This document shows positions 45,240 to 57,635 of a stretch of DNA of 64,000 nt, piece by piece. Location of the stretch: positions 17,236,001 to 17,300,000 of the forward strand of contig OZ024761.1 in NCBI GenBank assembly GCA_964016885.1, written 5' to 3'. The notes under the pieces were generated by a model that worked only from the letters and a program-made list of their open reading frames with translations, was not told where the DNA came from and made no database searches. The position numbers were made by a program, and so were the translations under genes. This DNA comes from Eledone cirrhosa (Eukaryota). Within the stretch, counting starts at the first letter, position 1. Every line of letters begins with the position of its first letter.

Positions 45240-45580
45240 TCTGTGAGTGTGTGTGTGTGTTTGTAAGAAGTGTGTGTGCGTGTTCGTGTAGTGTCAGTGT
45301 GTCTTTGTATGTATGTTTGTGAGAATGTGTCTGTGTGTGTGTATCTGTGTCTGTGTGATTGTGCGGGTCTGTATGTTTGTGAGAATGTCTGTGAAAGTAT
45401 GTTTGTGAGTGTGTGTGTGTGTTTGTAAGAAGTGTGTGTGCGTGTTCGTGTAGTGTCAACGTGTCTTTGTATGTACGTTTGTGAGAATGTGTCTGTGTGT
45501 GTGTATCTGCGTCTGTGTGATTGTGCGGGTACGTATGTTTGTGAGAATGTCTGTGAAAGTATGTTTGTGAGTGTGTGTGT
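45240..45580. repeat. 162-bp TG-rich tandem duplication
   Basis: TGTGAGTGTGTGTGTGTGTTTGTAAGAAG at ~45242 and ~45404. Confidence 0.85.
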
Positions 45581-45792
45581 CAGTGTCTTGTTTTTATTGA
45601 AATTCTGTGGACAGGGAGCCTGGAAGACAGGAACCTTAGAACCACAACAAACAAACATGATGCTGTTGCCCGCGAAATATCGATAGCTAACCCTACTTTA
45701 TTCGTGTATACACTCATCTATGCATGCCTGTGTATATATACAATATAATATACACGCATACATACACACGCAGTGACTCAGCATATACACAC

Positions 45793-45855
<63 letters not shown>

Positions 45856-46528
45856 TAGATACACGCACTTTCACTGACTCACACATATACATATACACGG
45901 TATATGTATATAATAAAAATCAATGCACGAACGAGATTTATAAACGAAACGGTACAGAAATGTATATGCGTTCACAATTGGAGTCTCTCTGTTCGATATA
46001 CAAAGAACGACCAAAATCAATTTGGTTAGTAAGTAAATAATAATGATGATGATGATTATGGTGTTGATTAAACAAAGGAGTCGTCGTAATAAAATAGCAA
46101 TTATTATTATTATTACATGGAAGAAAAATGAAATAATTGTCAGTGTACGATGGGTTGGCTTTTGTCAAACGTGGTTGTAGGAAAAATGGAAGTTTCGCTT
46201 TAAAGTAAACCCAACCAAACCGAACCCCTCTCCACCCGACGTGGTGTGAGTCGAAGTCGGAGGATTAAATAAATAATTCGATAGCAGCCGTTTCTCTTGT
46301 TTGCAGAATCCTATAGAATGCTATATCATTCGCTTTTCTCTCCGTCCGTCCGACCCTACCTTCTACTATGTGGTATCCACGCCCTGAAAAAATACAATAA
46401 AAATAGCAAAAAATCCTTTACAAACCACCCCCAAACTCACGCCACTTTTACAAATAAACGGGACCCCCCATGAACATTCTATTACGGGTGATTACAAATT
46501 ACACGGAAGTAATATATTACACACACAC

Positions 46529-46571
<43 letters not shown>

Positions 46572-47070
46572 GCAGGCAGAACAAAGAAAATAATTATATT
46601 ATTACATCAAAAGACAGCCTCGTATTAAATCATTGCCACTACACACAACAGTTGAAACCTAACAATAAAGCATTATATATGTGTGTGTATGTCTGGGTTG
46701 GTGGTTGAGAACGTCTAAATGTGTTGAAGAGAAAAAAGACAACACAACACACAAGACATACATACATTATATACATGCATGCATTTACATATATATATAT
46801 ATATATATATACATACGCGTATATATACATGTAAATTTCTATATATATATATATATATTTAAATTTACATGTATATATACGCGTATGTATGCATGTATAC
46901 ACTGTTGGTAGTCCTCGGTTGAGGCAAAGCAGCAGAAATTTTTAAAGTGGAAACCTGTAGGAGGGTAGGATAAGAAGTAGAAGAAAAAGAAAAACGAAGA
47001 AAAATAGAGGGGTGGTGGCGTTGGTGATCGTTGTTGGGGTGTGTTTCATTCACTAAAACAAAATACTTAC

Positions 47071-47212
47071 CTTTCCAAATTCGAAATAATGTGAGGTCGG
47101 AGCAAGGCCCCAGTAGCAATAGTAAAACTAGCACTACTGGACAGGACGGAGGGGTTAGACAAGGGACAGAGAGTCTCCTTGTCTGGTCTCCAACTGACCA
47201 CTCCAACATCAT
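47071..47212 (-). CDS. Candidate first coding exon of a host secreted or membrane protein gene (signal peptide-like)
   Basis: MMLEWSVGDQTRRLSVPCLTPPSCPVVLVLLLLLGPCSDLTLFRIWK(G), ending at a consensus donor AAG|GTAAGT (phase 1). Lies in non-repetitive sequence just downstream of a GA-rich tract. No downstream exon identified. Confidence 0.5.
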
Positions 47213-47471
47213 CGGAAGCAACGACTTGACCGATCATTCGTACTAAAGAGAAGCTAAAAAAATCAGCCAAGTCTATTTGAAAAAAAAATGGCAAAAGATT
47301 ATTCCTTGGGCAGTGTCTTCTTCTCCCCGCATTCTCCAGACCATGTCGTATGTCTCCAACACATTGCTGTAGTTGTAGCCAGTAAAATCCGAATATAGTT
47401 GGCCACACTGTTTAGCAAGCGAGCACCTTGCTGCCGAAAACACTGAGTTGGTGGTGAAGGGGGTGTGCTGC

Positions 47472-47912
47472 TTGCGCTCTCTCTCTCTCTTTCCCTCCCA
47501 CTTTCTATTGGTCTTTCTCTCTCTCTTTCTTTACCTCTTACTGCTTATCTCCCTTTCTTTCTTTGCCTCCTATTATCTATCAGTCTTTCTCCCTTACTGC
47601 TTATCTATTTCCCTTTCTCTATCTATCTATCTCTTTCTCTTCCCCCTTACTATCTTTCGGTCTTTTACGCTCTCTCTCATCTTTATTGCGTATTTCTCTT
47701 TTTCTCTCTCCCTCGCTCACACTCTCTCGGTCTTTTCCACTCTTTCACCTCAGCTACTTATCTCCCTTTTCTCTCTCTTTCTCTCACTATCATTTTTTTT
47801 TCTCATTTTCTCTCTCTCTCTCCCTTCTTACCTCCCTTACACTCTTCCTTCTTCCTTACCTCCCTTTCTCTTTTTTTCTCTCCTACGATCTTTCTTTCTC
47901 TTTCCTTTCTCT
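47472..47912. repeat. CT-rich (GA on minus) low-complexity tract upstream of the candidate exon
   Basis: Direct reading; any promoter role is inference. Confidence 0.85.
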
Positions 47913-47988
47913 TAGTCTATATATTTATATATACATATATACAATGATATTAAATAAATGGAAACTATAATATTTATAAAACCATATT

Positions 47989-48050
47989 TATTCTATTATA
48001 TATATTTCAAGGGTACCAAAAACTTTAGTACGCTTTCATCAGATAAAATA
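47989..48050 (-). ncRNA. Minimal type I hammerhead ribozyme motif (family A)
   Basis: Minus strand TATTTTAT-CTGATGA-AAG C GTACT..GGTAC C CTT-GAAA-TATATA-TA-ATAGAATA. Confidence 0.8.
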
Positions 48051-48926
48051 CAAAGTGTGTTTTATAAATGTTGACATAACCAAGGAACATACCTTATCAG
48101 TTGAAGTATTCCTTGGATAGTGGATTTAAAATTGTTAGGATGAGTATGCTAATGAATATGTAAATGAGGTTGAGGTATATGATTGAAAAACCGTTATTTT
48201 AGACGCTATGGAGAATTTAGATATATGTTTGTATTATTAGGAGAGAAAGAAAAAGGAAAAAAAAGAAAAGAAGACCACATATTTACGTTAAATTGGGGGA
48301 AGAAAAAAATTTGAATATTTACCTATACTATACATATAAGGAGAATTATGTTTGTAAGTATTTATCTTATCAAATATTGTAGTAGGATATATGTATAAAT
48401 ATCTATATATATTAATAATTGCATATGTTAAGGTATTAAAGAGATATCGATAATTTACAGTTATTAGTTGTTTATAATATGAGTTATGAGGGATGTTGAT
48501 TTTGTGTTTTATGTGAATAAATAAATAGGTAGTTCCAGTTTTAGGTCGTTGTTTATAATATGAGTTACGAGGGATGTTGATTTTGTGTTTTATGTAAATA
48601 AATAGGTAGTTCAAGTTATGAATTTATAGATTTGAATATTTTGTTCAGCATTGAGAATGTTTTATAATATTGCTAATTTATCGGAGTTACGTATATTATG
48701 ACTGAGAAAGGAAAGATAACTCCAATTTTGTTTGTTAATCGATAAATTTAAAGAAGAGTGAGATTAATTAATTATTTTAGTCGAAAGATGCGTGAATGTT
48801 TGAATTTATTTAATATCATTGAATATTTACGCCAGAAAATCTGTCGAGTGCTTTGAATCAGTTATAAATATTTATATTTGTTGAGTTACCAACAAATTAA
48901 ATATCCCTTCTGCTTATATACATATA

Positions 48927-50140
48927 CTAGCAGCTGAGCCCGGTTGCACTCGGGGCTACTCGGGGCCACTTTTTATTAAGTTAATAAGTTGAGGGGCGAC
49001 GTGAAGAGAGTGGTTTGACAGAGAGACGTTGGGTAGAGTAGGGTCCAAAGATGTTATTGCAGGGCTTCTTTGTAGACAACGTTCCTGGTGTTGCCCGGGT
49101 TACCACAAATGAAGGGATTGTGTGGACTGCCGACGCGGGAGCATACGACGTATAGTTGACCATGGGCAAATACCTGCTGTGTTAGATTTAGGCCAACCAC
49201 TTGCAGCGATTGTCCTTGTGCTTTGTTAATGCTCATTGCAAAGCAGAGTTTTATGGGAAACTGCCGTCGCGTAAATTCATAGGGGACGTCAGAGGGACTA
49301 AGGCTCATAGTGGTAATTAACCTGGTCACGCTAGCAGCGGGTCCGCTCAAAATGGTTGTCTTCAGAATTTGGGTCCTTATTTTTTTTATGATTAGACGTG
49401 TTGCATTGCATAGTTCTGGTGCATCCAGGTTTCTCAGCAGCATAACTGGCACACCAACCTTCAGTTTCAGATCACGAGGAGGAAGTCCTGGAGGTAGTTG
49501 ACTGTTGAGGAATTCAATTGGGTAGATGACGGCGTCGTCCGCGTTTTTATTGGTGTCAATCGACTTGAAGGAGACTTCATTTCCAGGAACCTGATCGAGT
49601 AGTTTTTGGTTCATCACGTCAACAGTGGCATTGTGTGGTGCCAAAATAGCTCTCCCTGTCAGCCAGGTGTGATCATGCAATCGTGATTCAAGGTGTGGAA
49701 ATACAGATGACATTAATTCGTCAATGTTTGACACAAAGTTCCCAAAAGGCAGACGGATATGCTTTTCATCCACTCCAGGTGTACTTCCATTACCAACTTC
49801 CAGTAGATGTTTTGAGAAATCTATGGAGTCTGCGTCACCATGGGCATGCACTCTCATGTTGGTAGTCAGACGTAGTTTGTGAACATACTGCCATACGTAG
49901 GACGACTTGATGCATGCGTTCACTTCGTCAGCTCTAGTGATAACAGGAAGAGTCTGTCGGAATTCGCCAGCCAGCAGTAGTATCGCTCCACCCATGACGC
50001 GTGATTTCCGACGCAAGTCCTTGAGAGTTCGATACAGAGCCTCAAAGGCCGCCTTGTGACTCATGGTAGCCTCGTCCCATATGATCAGGCAGCACTCAGA
50101 AAGAAGATGTGCATTAGGGGCGCCACGATCTATTCTACAA
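48927..50140 (-). mobile_element. Helitron 3' fragment: Pif1-like helicase ORF and CTAG terminus
   Basis: LIIWDEATM, LLAGEFRQTLPVI, LTTNMRV, LKVGVPVMLLRNL, QFPIKLCFAMSINKAQGQS and HGQLYV motifs. GC-rich hairpin-like sequence, then CTAG|T at 48927. Confidence 0.93.
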
Positions 50141-50252
50141 TCGGAATGCAAAAGAGGGTAAAGATAGGGAGATCGGAGATTACCTTTACCCTCTTTTGCA
50201 TTCCGATTGTTCGCGTGACTAGACTCTGTAGAGCTTATACTCAGCACTGTGT

Positions 50253-50310
50253 TTATTAAACTCTGAGGATTCCTACCAAACGGTATGGATGAAACATTGT
50301 AAGCAAATAA
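50253..50310 (+). ncRNA. Candidate minimal hammerhead motif (family E)
   Basis: TTATTAAACT-CTGAGGA-T TCC TACC AAAC GGTA T GGA T-GAAA-CATTG-TA-AGCAAATAA; intact core, weak stem I. Confidence 0.5.
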
Positions 50311-50443
50311 AAACTGTTTGAGTATGTAAGCGTTGTTTGGTTTCTTCTAAATATAACGGCTCTGTTCTTGTACATTGAGCTAACACAATACTGTCATAAT
50401 ACAACACGGTGCATGTGTGTTTATGTACATATGCTCTATATTA

Positions 50444-50508
50444 TATTTTATCTGATGAAAGCACACCATAATTTAACTTGGTGTCCTTGAAATATGTATA
50501 ATGAAATA
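50444..50508 (+). ncRNA. Minimal type I hammerhead ribozyme motif (family A)
   Basis: Identical to 23464-23528, 26,980 bp away. Confidence 0.8.
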
Positions 50509-50547
50509 AATATGGTTTTATAAATATAATTTCCATTTGTTAATATC

Positions 50548-50584
<37 letters not shown>

Positions 50585-50712
50585 AAACACACGCACCAGT
50601 TGCTTTCACTTCAATTTATTATATATTTATAAATTTATAAATTTACAAATCTACAAACTTATAAATTTCTGGTTGGTTGGTTGGTTCCACAACCAGATAG
50701 TTGTTTATATAT

Positions 50713-50757
50713 AGTCATAGTCCTTTCGTCACACACTCTGTGACCTCTTCAGTGACT
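50713..50757 (-). ncRNA. Minimal type I hammerhead motif (family D), in element 50581-50812
   Basis: Reverse complement of 43142-43186. Confidence 0.75.
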
Positions 50758-50820
50758 GGGGATTCCTTTCTTTGTTTCTGTGCCTTTCCTTTCTTCTGTC
50801 CTACGCCATTTTGTTTCCCC

Positions 50821-50865
50821 AGTCACTGAAGAGGTCACATAGTGTGTTACGAAAGGACTATGACT
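50821..50865 (+). ncRNA. Minimal type I hammerhead motif (family D), inverted partner
   Basis: AGTCA-CTGAAGA-GGTCACATAGTGTGTTAC-GAAA-GGAC-TA-TGACT; one stem II mismatch. Confidence 0.7.
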
Positions 50866-50924
50866 ATATATAAACAACTATCTGGTTGTGGAACCAACCA
50901 ACCAACCAGAAATTTATAAGTTTG

Positions 50925-50982
<58 letters not shown>

Positions 50983-51023
50983 CACATACATGTATATATA
51001 TATTCATATATACATATACATAC

Positions 51024-51091
<68 letters not shown>

Positions 51092-51486
51092 TACAAAGTA
51101 CTTTAAATTTTGCGTGATTTTTAATAGTCTATCGTCTGTTTTCAATCAAATAAAACTTTCACTCACTCGCTTGGAGCAAGTACACCCCTCTCTCTCAGTC
51201 TATCTCTTTCTCTCACTCTCACTACCTCACACACACTCTCTATATATATCTTTCTCTCTCACACACTCTCTCTATATATCCCTTAATCTCTCTCACATAA
51301 TAAAGTGCCCTCCTCACTCTTTTTCTTTGTCTATCTCTTCATCTCTTTATCTATTACTCTATTTCTCTCACACACTCTCTCTATATATCTATCCCTCTCT
51401 CGCTTACTCTCTCTCACACAATCACACTCTCTAGTATCTCTCTTACTCACTCTTTATATCTTGCTTTATATATATATATATCTCTC

Positions 51487-51564
<78 letters not shown>

Positions 51565-51617
51565 CATAAGTGTTTATATATATGTATCTATGTATCTAGT
51601 TTTATACATTGCATATC

Positions 51618-52600
51618 TCTTTCACTCACTACTTGTCTCTTACTGTATCTTCCTCTCTCTCTCTTTCACTCACTACTTGTCTCTTACTGTATCTTCCTCT
51701 CTCTATTTCACTCACTATCTGTCTCTTACTGTATCTTCCTCTCTCTCTTTCACTCACTATCTGTCTCTTACTGTATCTTCCTCTCTCTCTTTCACTCACT
51801 ATCTGTCTCTTACTGTATCTTCCTCTCTCTCTTTCAATCACTACACTATCTGTCTCTTACTGTATCTTCCTCTCTCTCTTTCACTCACTACTTGTCTCTT
51901 ACTGTATCTTCCTCTCTCTCTTCCACTCACTATCTGTCTCTTACTGTATCTTTCTCTCTCTCTTTCACTCACTATCTGTCTCTTACTGTATCTTCCTATC
52001 TTTCACTCACTATCTGTCTCTTACTGTATCTTCCTCTCTCTCTTTCACTCACTATCTGTCTCTTACTGTATCTTCCTCTCTCTCTTTCACTCACTATCTG
52101 TCTCTTACTGTATCTTCCTCTCTCTCTTTCACTCACTACTTGTCTCTTACTGTATCTTCCTCTCTCTCTTTCACTCACTATCTGTCTCTTACTGTATCTT
52201 TTTCTCTCTCTTTCACTCACTATCTGTCTCTTACTGTATCTTCCTCTCTCTCTCTTTCACTCACTATCTGTCTCTTACTGTATCTTCCTCTCTTTCACTC
52301 ACTATCTGTCTCTTACTGTATCTTCCTCTCTCTCTTTCACTCACTACTTGTCTCTTACTGTATCTTCCTCTCTCTCTTTCACTCACTATCTGTCTCTTAC
52401 TGTATCTTTTTCTCTCTCTTTCACTCACTATCTGTCTCTTACTGTATCTTCCTCTCTCTCTCTTTCACTCACTATCTGTCTCTTACTGTATCTTCCTCTC
52501 TTTCACTCACTATCTGTCTCTTACTGTATCTTCCTCTCTCTCTTTCACTCACTATCTGTCTCTTACTGTATCTTCCTCGCTCTCCTTCACTCACTATCTA
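51618..52600. repeat. 42-bp minisatellite, ~23 copies
   Basis: Unit TTCACTCACTATCTGTCTCTTACTGTATCTTCCTCTCTCTCT. Confidence 0.96.
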
Positions 52601-52635
52601 TCTATATATCTATATATTTATCTATCACTTTATAG

Positions 52636-52677
<42 letters not shown>

Positions 52678-52883
52678 ACATTGATCGCTCCCTCTTTCTC
52701 TCACTAACTATCTATCTATCTAACACTCTCCCTCCTTCCGTCTCTGTATCTCTCTATCTCACGCTCTATAGTGAGCCCCCTCTTTTTGTCATTCAGGCAG
52801 AAATACTTGAAGAAGGATCACGTATTTTACCCTCTCTCTCTGAAGCCCCAGAAATTATAGGTGCGTATCTCTCTATATATACA

Positions 52884-52981
<98 letters not shown>

Positions 52982-52995
52982 ATATATATACATGT

Positions 52996-53026
<31 letters not shown>

Positions 53027-53040
53027 ATATAAAATCAAAA

Positions 53041-53692
53041 GGCATACGTCAAAACGGCCGGTCGCAAAAGTGAAACTAATTTTTGACAGTTACGTACGTC
53101 ATTATTTTCAATTTATAAATTGACGTACCTTATGAAAATCCTTATTACACCCTATAAATAGCTGAAATACAGTTGATCATCTCGCCAAACTTGTTGGCAC
53201 CAACTCTCTGCCGCCAAAGAAATTCAGCTAAATATGAGGGGGAATAAAGCATCGCTTGTCCCATGCTGGCGACGAAGCTTTTTCTTTGCACGGCTCCATG
53301 TGTTCTCTATGAGTTGTGTGTGCACATTAGGGTCTTCAGGATCTACAAAGTTCCGTTGGTGCACAACAACATCATGGAGGTAAATGCCACCTTGAATGTC
53401 TTCAATTTCCGAATAGGAAGCCCAACCATCGGACATGATGTGGCTTCCTGGCAAAATCCATTGCTGTATGATGGGGACAAGAGTCTCACGGCTTCGATCT
53501 GGGACTTCAATGAGGCAGCAGCGTCCAGAATGGCGTTCTACAGCGCCGAAGACCCAGTGGCCTTGTCTCCACTGGCCACGATGATACTTCCTATGAAAGT
53601 ATTTTGATTCGTCGATCTCTACAATGATCGACGAACCGTAACTGTCGTCAAAAATTAGTTTCACTTTTGCGACCGGCGTTTTGACGTATGCC
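53041..53692 (-). mobile_element. Merlin (IS1595/ISXO2-like) DNA transposon, internally deleted, retaining the DDE domain
   Basis: 46-47-bp TIRs GGCATACGTCAAAACG(G)CCGGTCGCAAAAGTGAAACTAATTTTTGAC and 9-bp TSD AAATCAAAA. Protein VEIDES..RKYHRG..WVFGAVER..IMSDGWASY..HTQLIENTW. Confidence 0.93.
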
Positions 53693-53722
53693 AAATCAAA
53701 AGATGGTTAAAAGAGTTCCATG

Positions 53723-53793
53723 TATTTTATTATGCGCATTTCAAAAACAAATATCATCATGGGATGATATTTGCGTTCTCATCAGATAAAATA
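53723..53793 (-). ncRNA. Minimal type I hammerhead motif (family B), left arm of inverted repeat 53693-53993
   Basis: Minus strand TATTTTAT-CTGATGA-GAA C GCAAATATCATC..GATGATATTTGT T TTT-GAAA-TGCGCA-TA-ATAAAATA. Confidence 0.8.
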
Positions 53794-53892
53794 GGGAGAC
53801 ATGATATGAAGTTTAAAAAACACTTGCGAGCAGTGAAGTGTTAAATCAACACTTGCTCGCAAGTGTTTTTTAAACTTCATATCATGTCTCCC

Positions 53893-53963
53893 TATTTTAT
53901 CTGATGAGAACGCAAATATCATCCCATGATGATATTTGTTTTTGAAATGTGCATAATAAAATA
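53893..53963 (+). ncRNA. Minimal type I hammerhead motif (family B), right arm; element extends to ~54088
   Basis: Same as the left arm, with loop 3 TGTGCA. Confidence 0.8.
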
Positions 53964-54181
53964 CATGGAACTCTTTTAACCATCTTTTGATTTTATATTA
54001 TTTATACTCCAATCCTATAAACTGTTGAGTGCTACTTATCCAATATTTGCATTGCTTTATTGTGTTACAATAAAACTCACCTCCTACACATATATATATA
54101 TATCACATTTATACATACATATACACATGTATACATACATGTACACATTTATACATACATTATACACATTTATACATACAT

Positions 54182-54945
54182 ATGAAGAGGCGGAATTTCA
54201 GGTCTTTACATTGTCCGACTTCCACACCGATCTCAAGCTGTGGCACGCCGCCCAGGCTTTGCTCTTCCTCTCAACCACATCATCTTCCGTATTCCCAATC
54301 TTTGCTCCCAAATACAGGAAGTCCTCCCTCAACCAATTCTAGCGGCTTCCCGCCTACATTAGTGATCCCCTCTGGCTTCTCAACATTCTCTACCAGATAT
54401 TTTGTTTTAGTCTCATTCATTCTCAGCCCCACACTCATCGACACTATCTCAACCTCCAGCATCAAATCCTCTGCCTCCTTCACTGTATTTGTCACCAAAA
54501 CTATGTCCGCCTCTTCATTGCCGTAGTGGAGTCTGTGCTGCTGTACGGGTCTGAGACTTGGACACTGACCAAGAAACTCACTCAGATGGTGGATGGGTGC
54601 TACACGAGAATGCTGAGGATGGCTCTGAACATTAATCAGTATACACTGAGGATGAAGAACTCAGAGCTGTACGGGAGCCTCCCAAAAGTCAGTTCGAGAG
54701 TAGCACAGAGGAGACTAAGGTTAGCTGGACATGCTCACCGACATCCAGAGTTGACACTGCACTCAGTGCTCCTGTGGGAGCCCCTACATGGACACACTGG
54801 AAGAGGAAGACCAAGGTTAACGTATGTTGATGCCCTAAGGACAGACACTGGTCTGTTGGAGACGCAGAACATGGCAGCGGTAATGAGGGACAGAGACCGC
54901 TGGAGTGAACTCGTCCATGGATCTCGGGAATTTTACCCACCCTAG
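54182..54945. mobile_element. RTE-like LINE insertion with 5' inversion
   Basis: 54182-54507 minus encodes DIVLVTNT..GLRMNETKTKY..KAWAACHSL. 54506-54945 plus encodes RLFIAVVESVLLYGSETWTLT..RRLRLAGH..GRGRP. Flanked by ATACATACAT(AT). Confidence 0.9.
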
Positions 54946-54981
54946 ATACATACATATACACATTTATACATACATGTACAC

Positions 54982-55081
<100 letters not shown>

Positions 55082-55159
55082 TTATACATACATTGTCTGT
55101 GTTTTATCTTAAAAATTGAAATCGTCTGCTGCCTATCTGGGTATATTCCACCCGTAAAC

Positions 55160-55585
55160 TGATCCAATATCTGTTGGAAAATCTATCGAAAACCAATCGA
55201 TAATCTATCGAATGTTAATCGAAAATATTTATCGAAAATCTATCGAATATTTATCGGATATTAATAAAAAAAATTGATTGGAAATTAACAGAAAATTGAT
55301 TGACAGTTGAACATTGATTGAAATTCGATCGAAACTCTATTGAAAATTGGTTGAATATTGATTGAACATTGAATATCGATCGAACATCTATTGAAAAATG
55401 ATTGAAAGGTGATTGAAAATGAATCGAACACTGATCTAAAATCGATCGAAAATTGATTGAAAATCTATTGAAAATTTATTGAATATTTATTTTAAAAATC
55501 GATCGACATTCTATTGAAAATTTATCGAAAATTGATCTATAATTGATCGAAAATCTATTGAAACTTTATCGAACATTGATCGATG
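55160..55585. repeat. Degenerate ~12-bp repeat rich in ATCGA/ATTGA
   Basis: AAAATCTATCGA / AAAATTGATTGA variants, >30 copies. Confidence 0.8.
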
Positions 55586-55659
55586 GACCCTCGGGATACT
55601 TCTTTTGATCTGTAACTATCGATTATGATATGATATCGATTGATCGAACTCTGTCAGTC

Positions 55660-55935
55660 TCCAGTGATTCCATCAATATAACTATCATCTGCTAATATAG
55701 ACTTAACCACAGACACGTGTACCCCTGACACAATTCTCAGGGAGATTCAGCATGATTCCATCAACAGAACTGTCGTCTGCTAATATAGACTTTACGTGGA
55801 GTGGTGGAACATTCTACCACAGACACGTGTACCCTTGACAGTTCTCAGGGAGATTCAGCATAACGTATCCACTGATTCCATCAACAGAACAGTCATCTAC
55901 CTGACGTTCAAGTGCCCGAGCATTCTTCCACACAA
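55660..55935 (+). repeat. Tandemly rearranged fragments of an interspersed repeat (GATTCCATCAAC.., CCACAGACACGTGTACCC, TTCTCAGGGAGATTCAGCA)
   Basis: Each block occurs 2-3 times; one more at 56057. Confidence 0.65.
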
Positions 55936-56944
55936 GATTTGCCGTATCTATCAAAGGTAATGTCCATTTTTATATTATTTTATAATATTTTATATTAGAT
56001 TTTTAAGTGACTGAGTATTCCGTAGATGTAGATGTAATCTCTAATATAGATAAAAGTTCTCAGGGAGATTCAGCATATATATATCCTTTCTCTTTAAATA
56101 TAATTTTTTTTTAAATTAATATTATTAGAAAAATGTATTTATAATGTGTTATATAATTTATGTAATTACAGGTCGGTATAAGGTAGCAAATAGTTACCTG
56201 CTTTTCTTTATTATTGTTGTTGTTGTTATAGTTGTTGGGTCGTCAAGTATGAAATTTGTAGAAATTTGCTTATTTTTCGACAAATTTCTACAAATTTCAT
56301 ACTTGACGATCCAATGGTTATTGTTGTTGTCATAGTTGTTGTTGTTGTTGTGGCATGTTTAGGGATCTTTTAAACCTGGTGAAGCCCGGCACTTTCCAGG
56401 TCTTAACACAGTCTATGTTTTCTATAAAGGAAGAACCGACCCCAGTAAATAAGGGGTTTCTTCTTATGTCCTTTTTGGGGGGTCAAATTTTGGGTTTTTT
56501 AATGTAAAATAAAATCATTATCAATAAAATCGTTAATATCAATAAAATCATTAATATCAATAAAATGTAGATTATTTAAAACATTATATATATAATATAT
56601 ATATAATGAGGTTATAAAATTACAGGTAAGTATAAGGTGACAAATAGTTATCTGCTTTCCTTTATTTAGTTGTTGTTCTTGTTATTTGTTTCTACAGTTT
56701 CCAAAAAATGAGAAAAAAACGAATATTTTATTTTATATATTATTATCATTATTACACGGTCGATAAATAAAGTATCAGTAACGTACTTAGTCGATTTAAT
56801 CGACTTTACCCCTTCTCTCCTTCAAATTGTTGGCCTTGTGTCTATAGTAGAAACCATTATTACAGAAATATATTGATAAAGGTGTAAAAATATTGGTTCC
56901 TTGGTTAGTTTTTGACCATTTTAGAAATATGTTGGCTGGGAGAA

Positions 56945-57635
56945 AGTCTTTGATGGAGAAAAAACGAAGTTTTGGTTGGTTTTGGGGACATTTTTGACTG
57001 TTAACCTACCCCAAACTCACAAACAAGTGCGACCAATGTGGTAAGAAGGTAGATAGATGTAATATCTACATGTTTCAGTGAAATTATTTCGGTTAAGTTA
57101 CATTAAAACTATGTCTACCATTGAAATATTGAGATAAACACATTTTAAAAAAAATTGGTTGTACGCAGAAGACATAAATATGTTGGTTTTTGAGTAAAAG
57201 AATTCGAACGAAATTCTTCTCAGTTTTGGTTGTTTTGGGGTATTTTCGGTTGTTAACCTTCCCCAAACTCACAAACAAGTGGCCCCAGGGTGGGAGGAAG
57301 GTAGATAAATGAAATATCTACATATTTCAGTGAAATTATTTCCGTTAAATTACATTAAAACTATGTCTACCAATGAAAGATTGAGATAAACATTTTAAAA
57401 AAAATTGATTGTACGCACAAGACATAAAATGTATGGGGGGGTCTTTGATGAAGAAAAAAAACGAAGTTTTGTTTGGTTTGTGGGGTATTTTTGACTGTTA
57501 ACCTTCCCCAAACTCACAAACAAGTGCCCCTAAGGTGGTAGGAAGGTAGACAGATGTAATATCTACATATTTCAGTGAAATTATTTCAATCAAATTACAT
57601 TAAAACTATGTCTACCATTGAAATATTGAGATAAA
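56945..57635. repeat. ~250-bp tandem repeat, ~2.8 copies
   Basis: CCAAACTCACAAACAAGTG at 57011, 57263 and 57508. Confidence 0.9.

Noticed and set aside
45590-45690. Second exon of the candidate host gene
   Set aside because: Acceptor-like TTCCAG and CCACAG occur on the minus strand, but no matching donor or informative peptide follows.
49054-50247. Host Pif1 helicase gene (397 aa)
   Set aside because: It lacks the Walker A motif, its first ~40 aa are unrelated flank, conserved residues are degraded (GEFRQ, NATRL, YVVCS), and it ends at a Helitron CTAG terminus.
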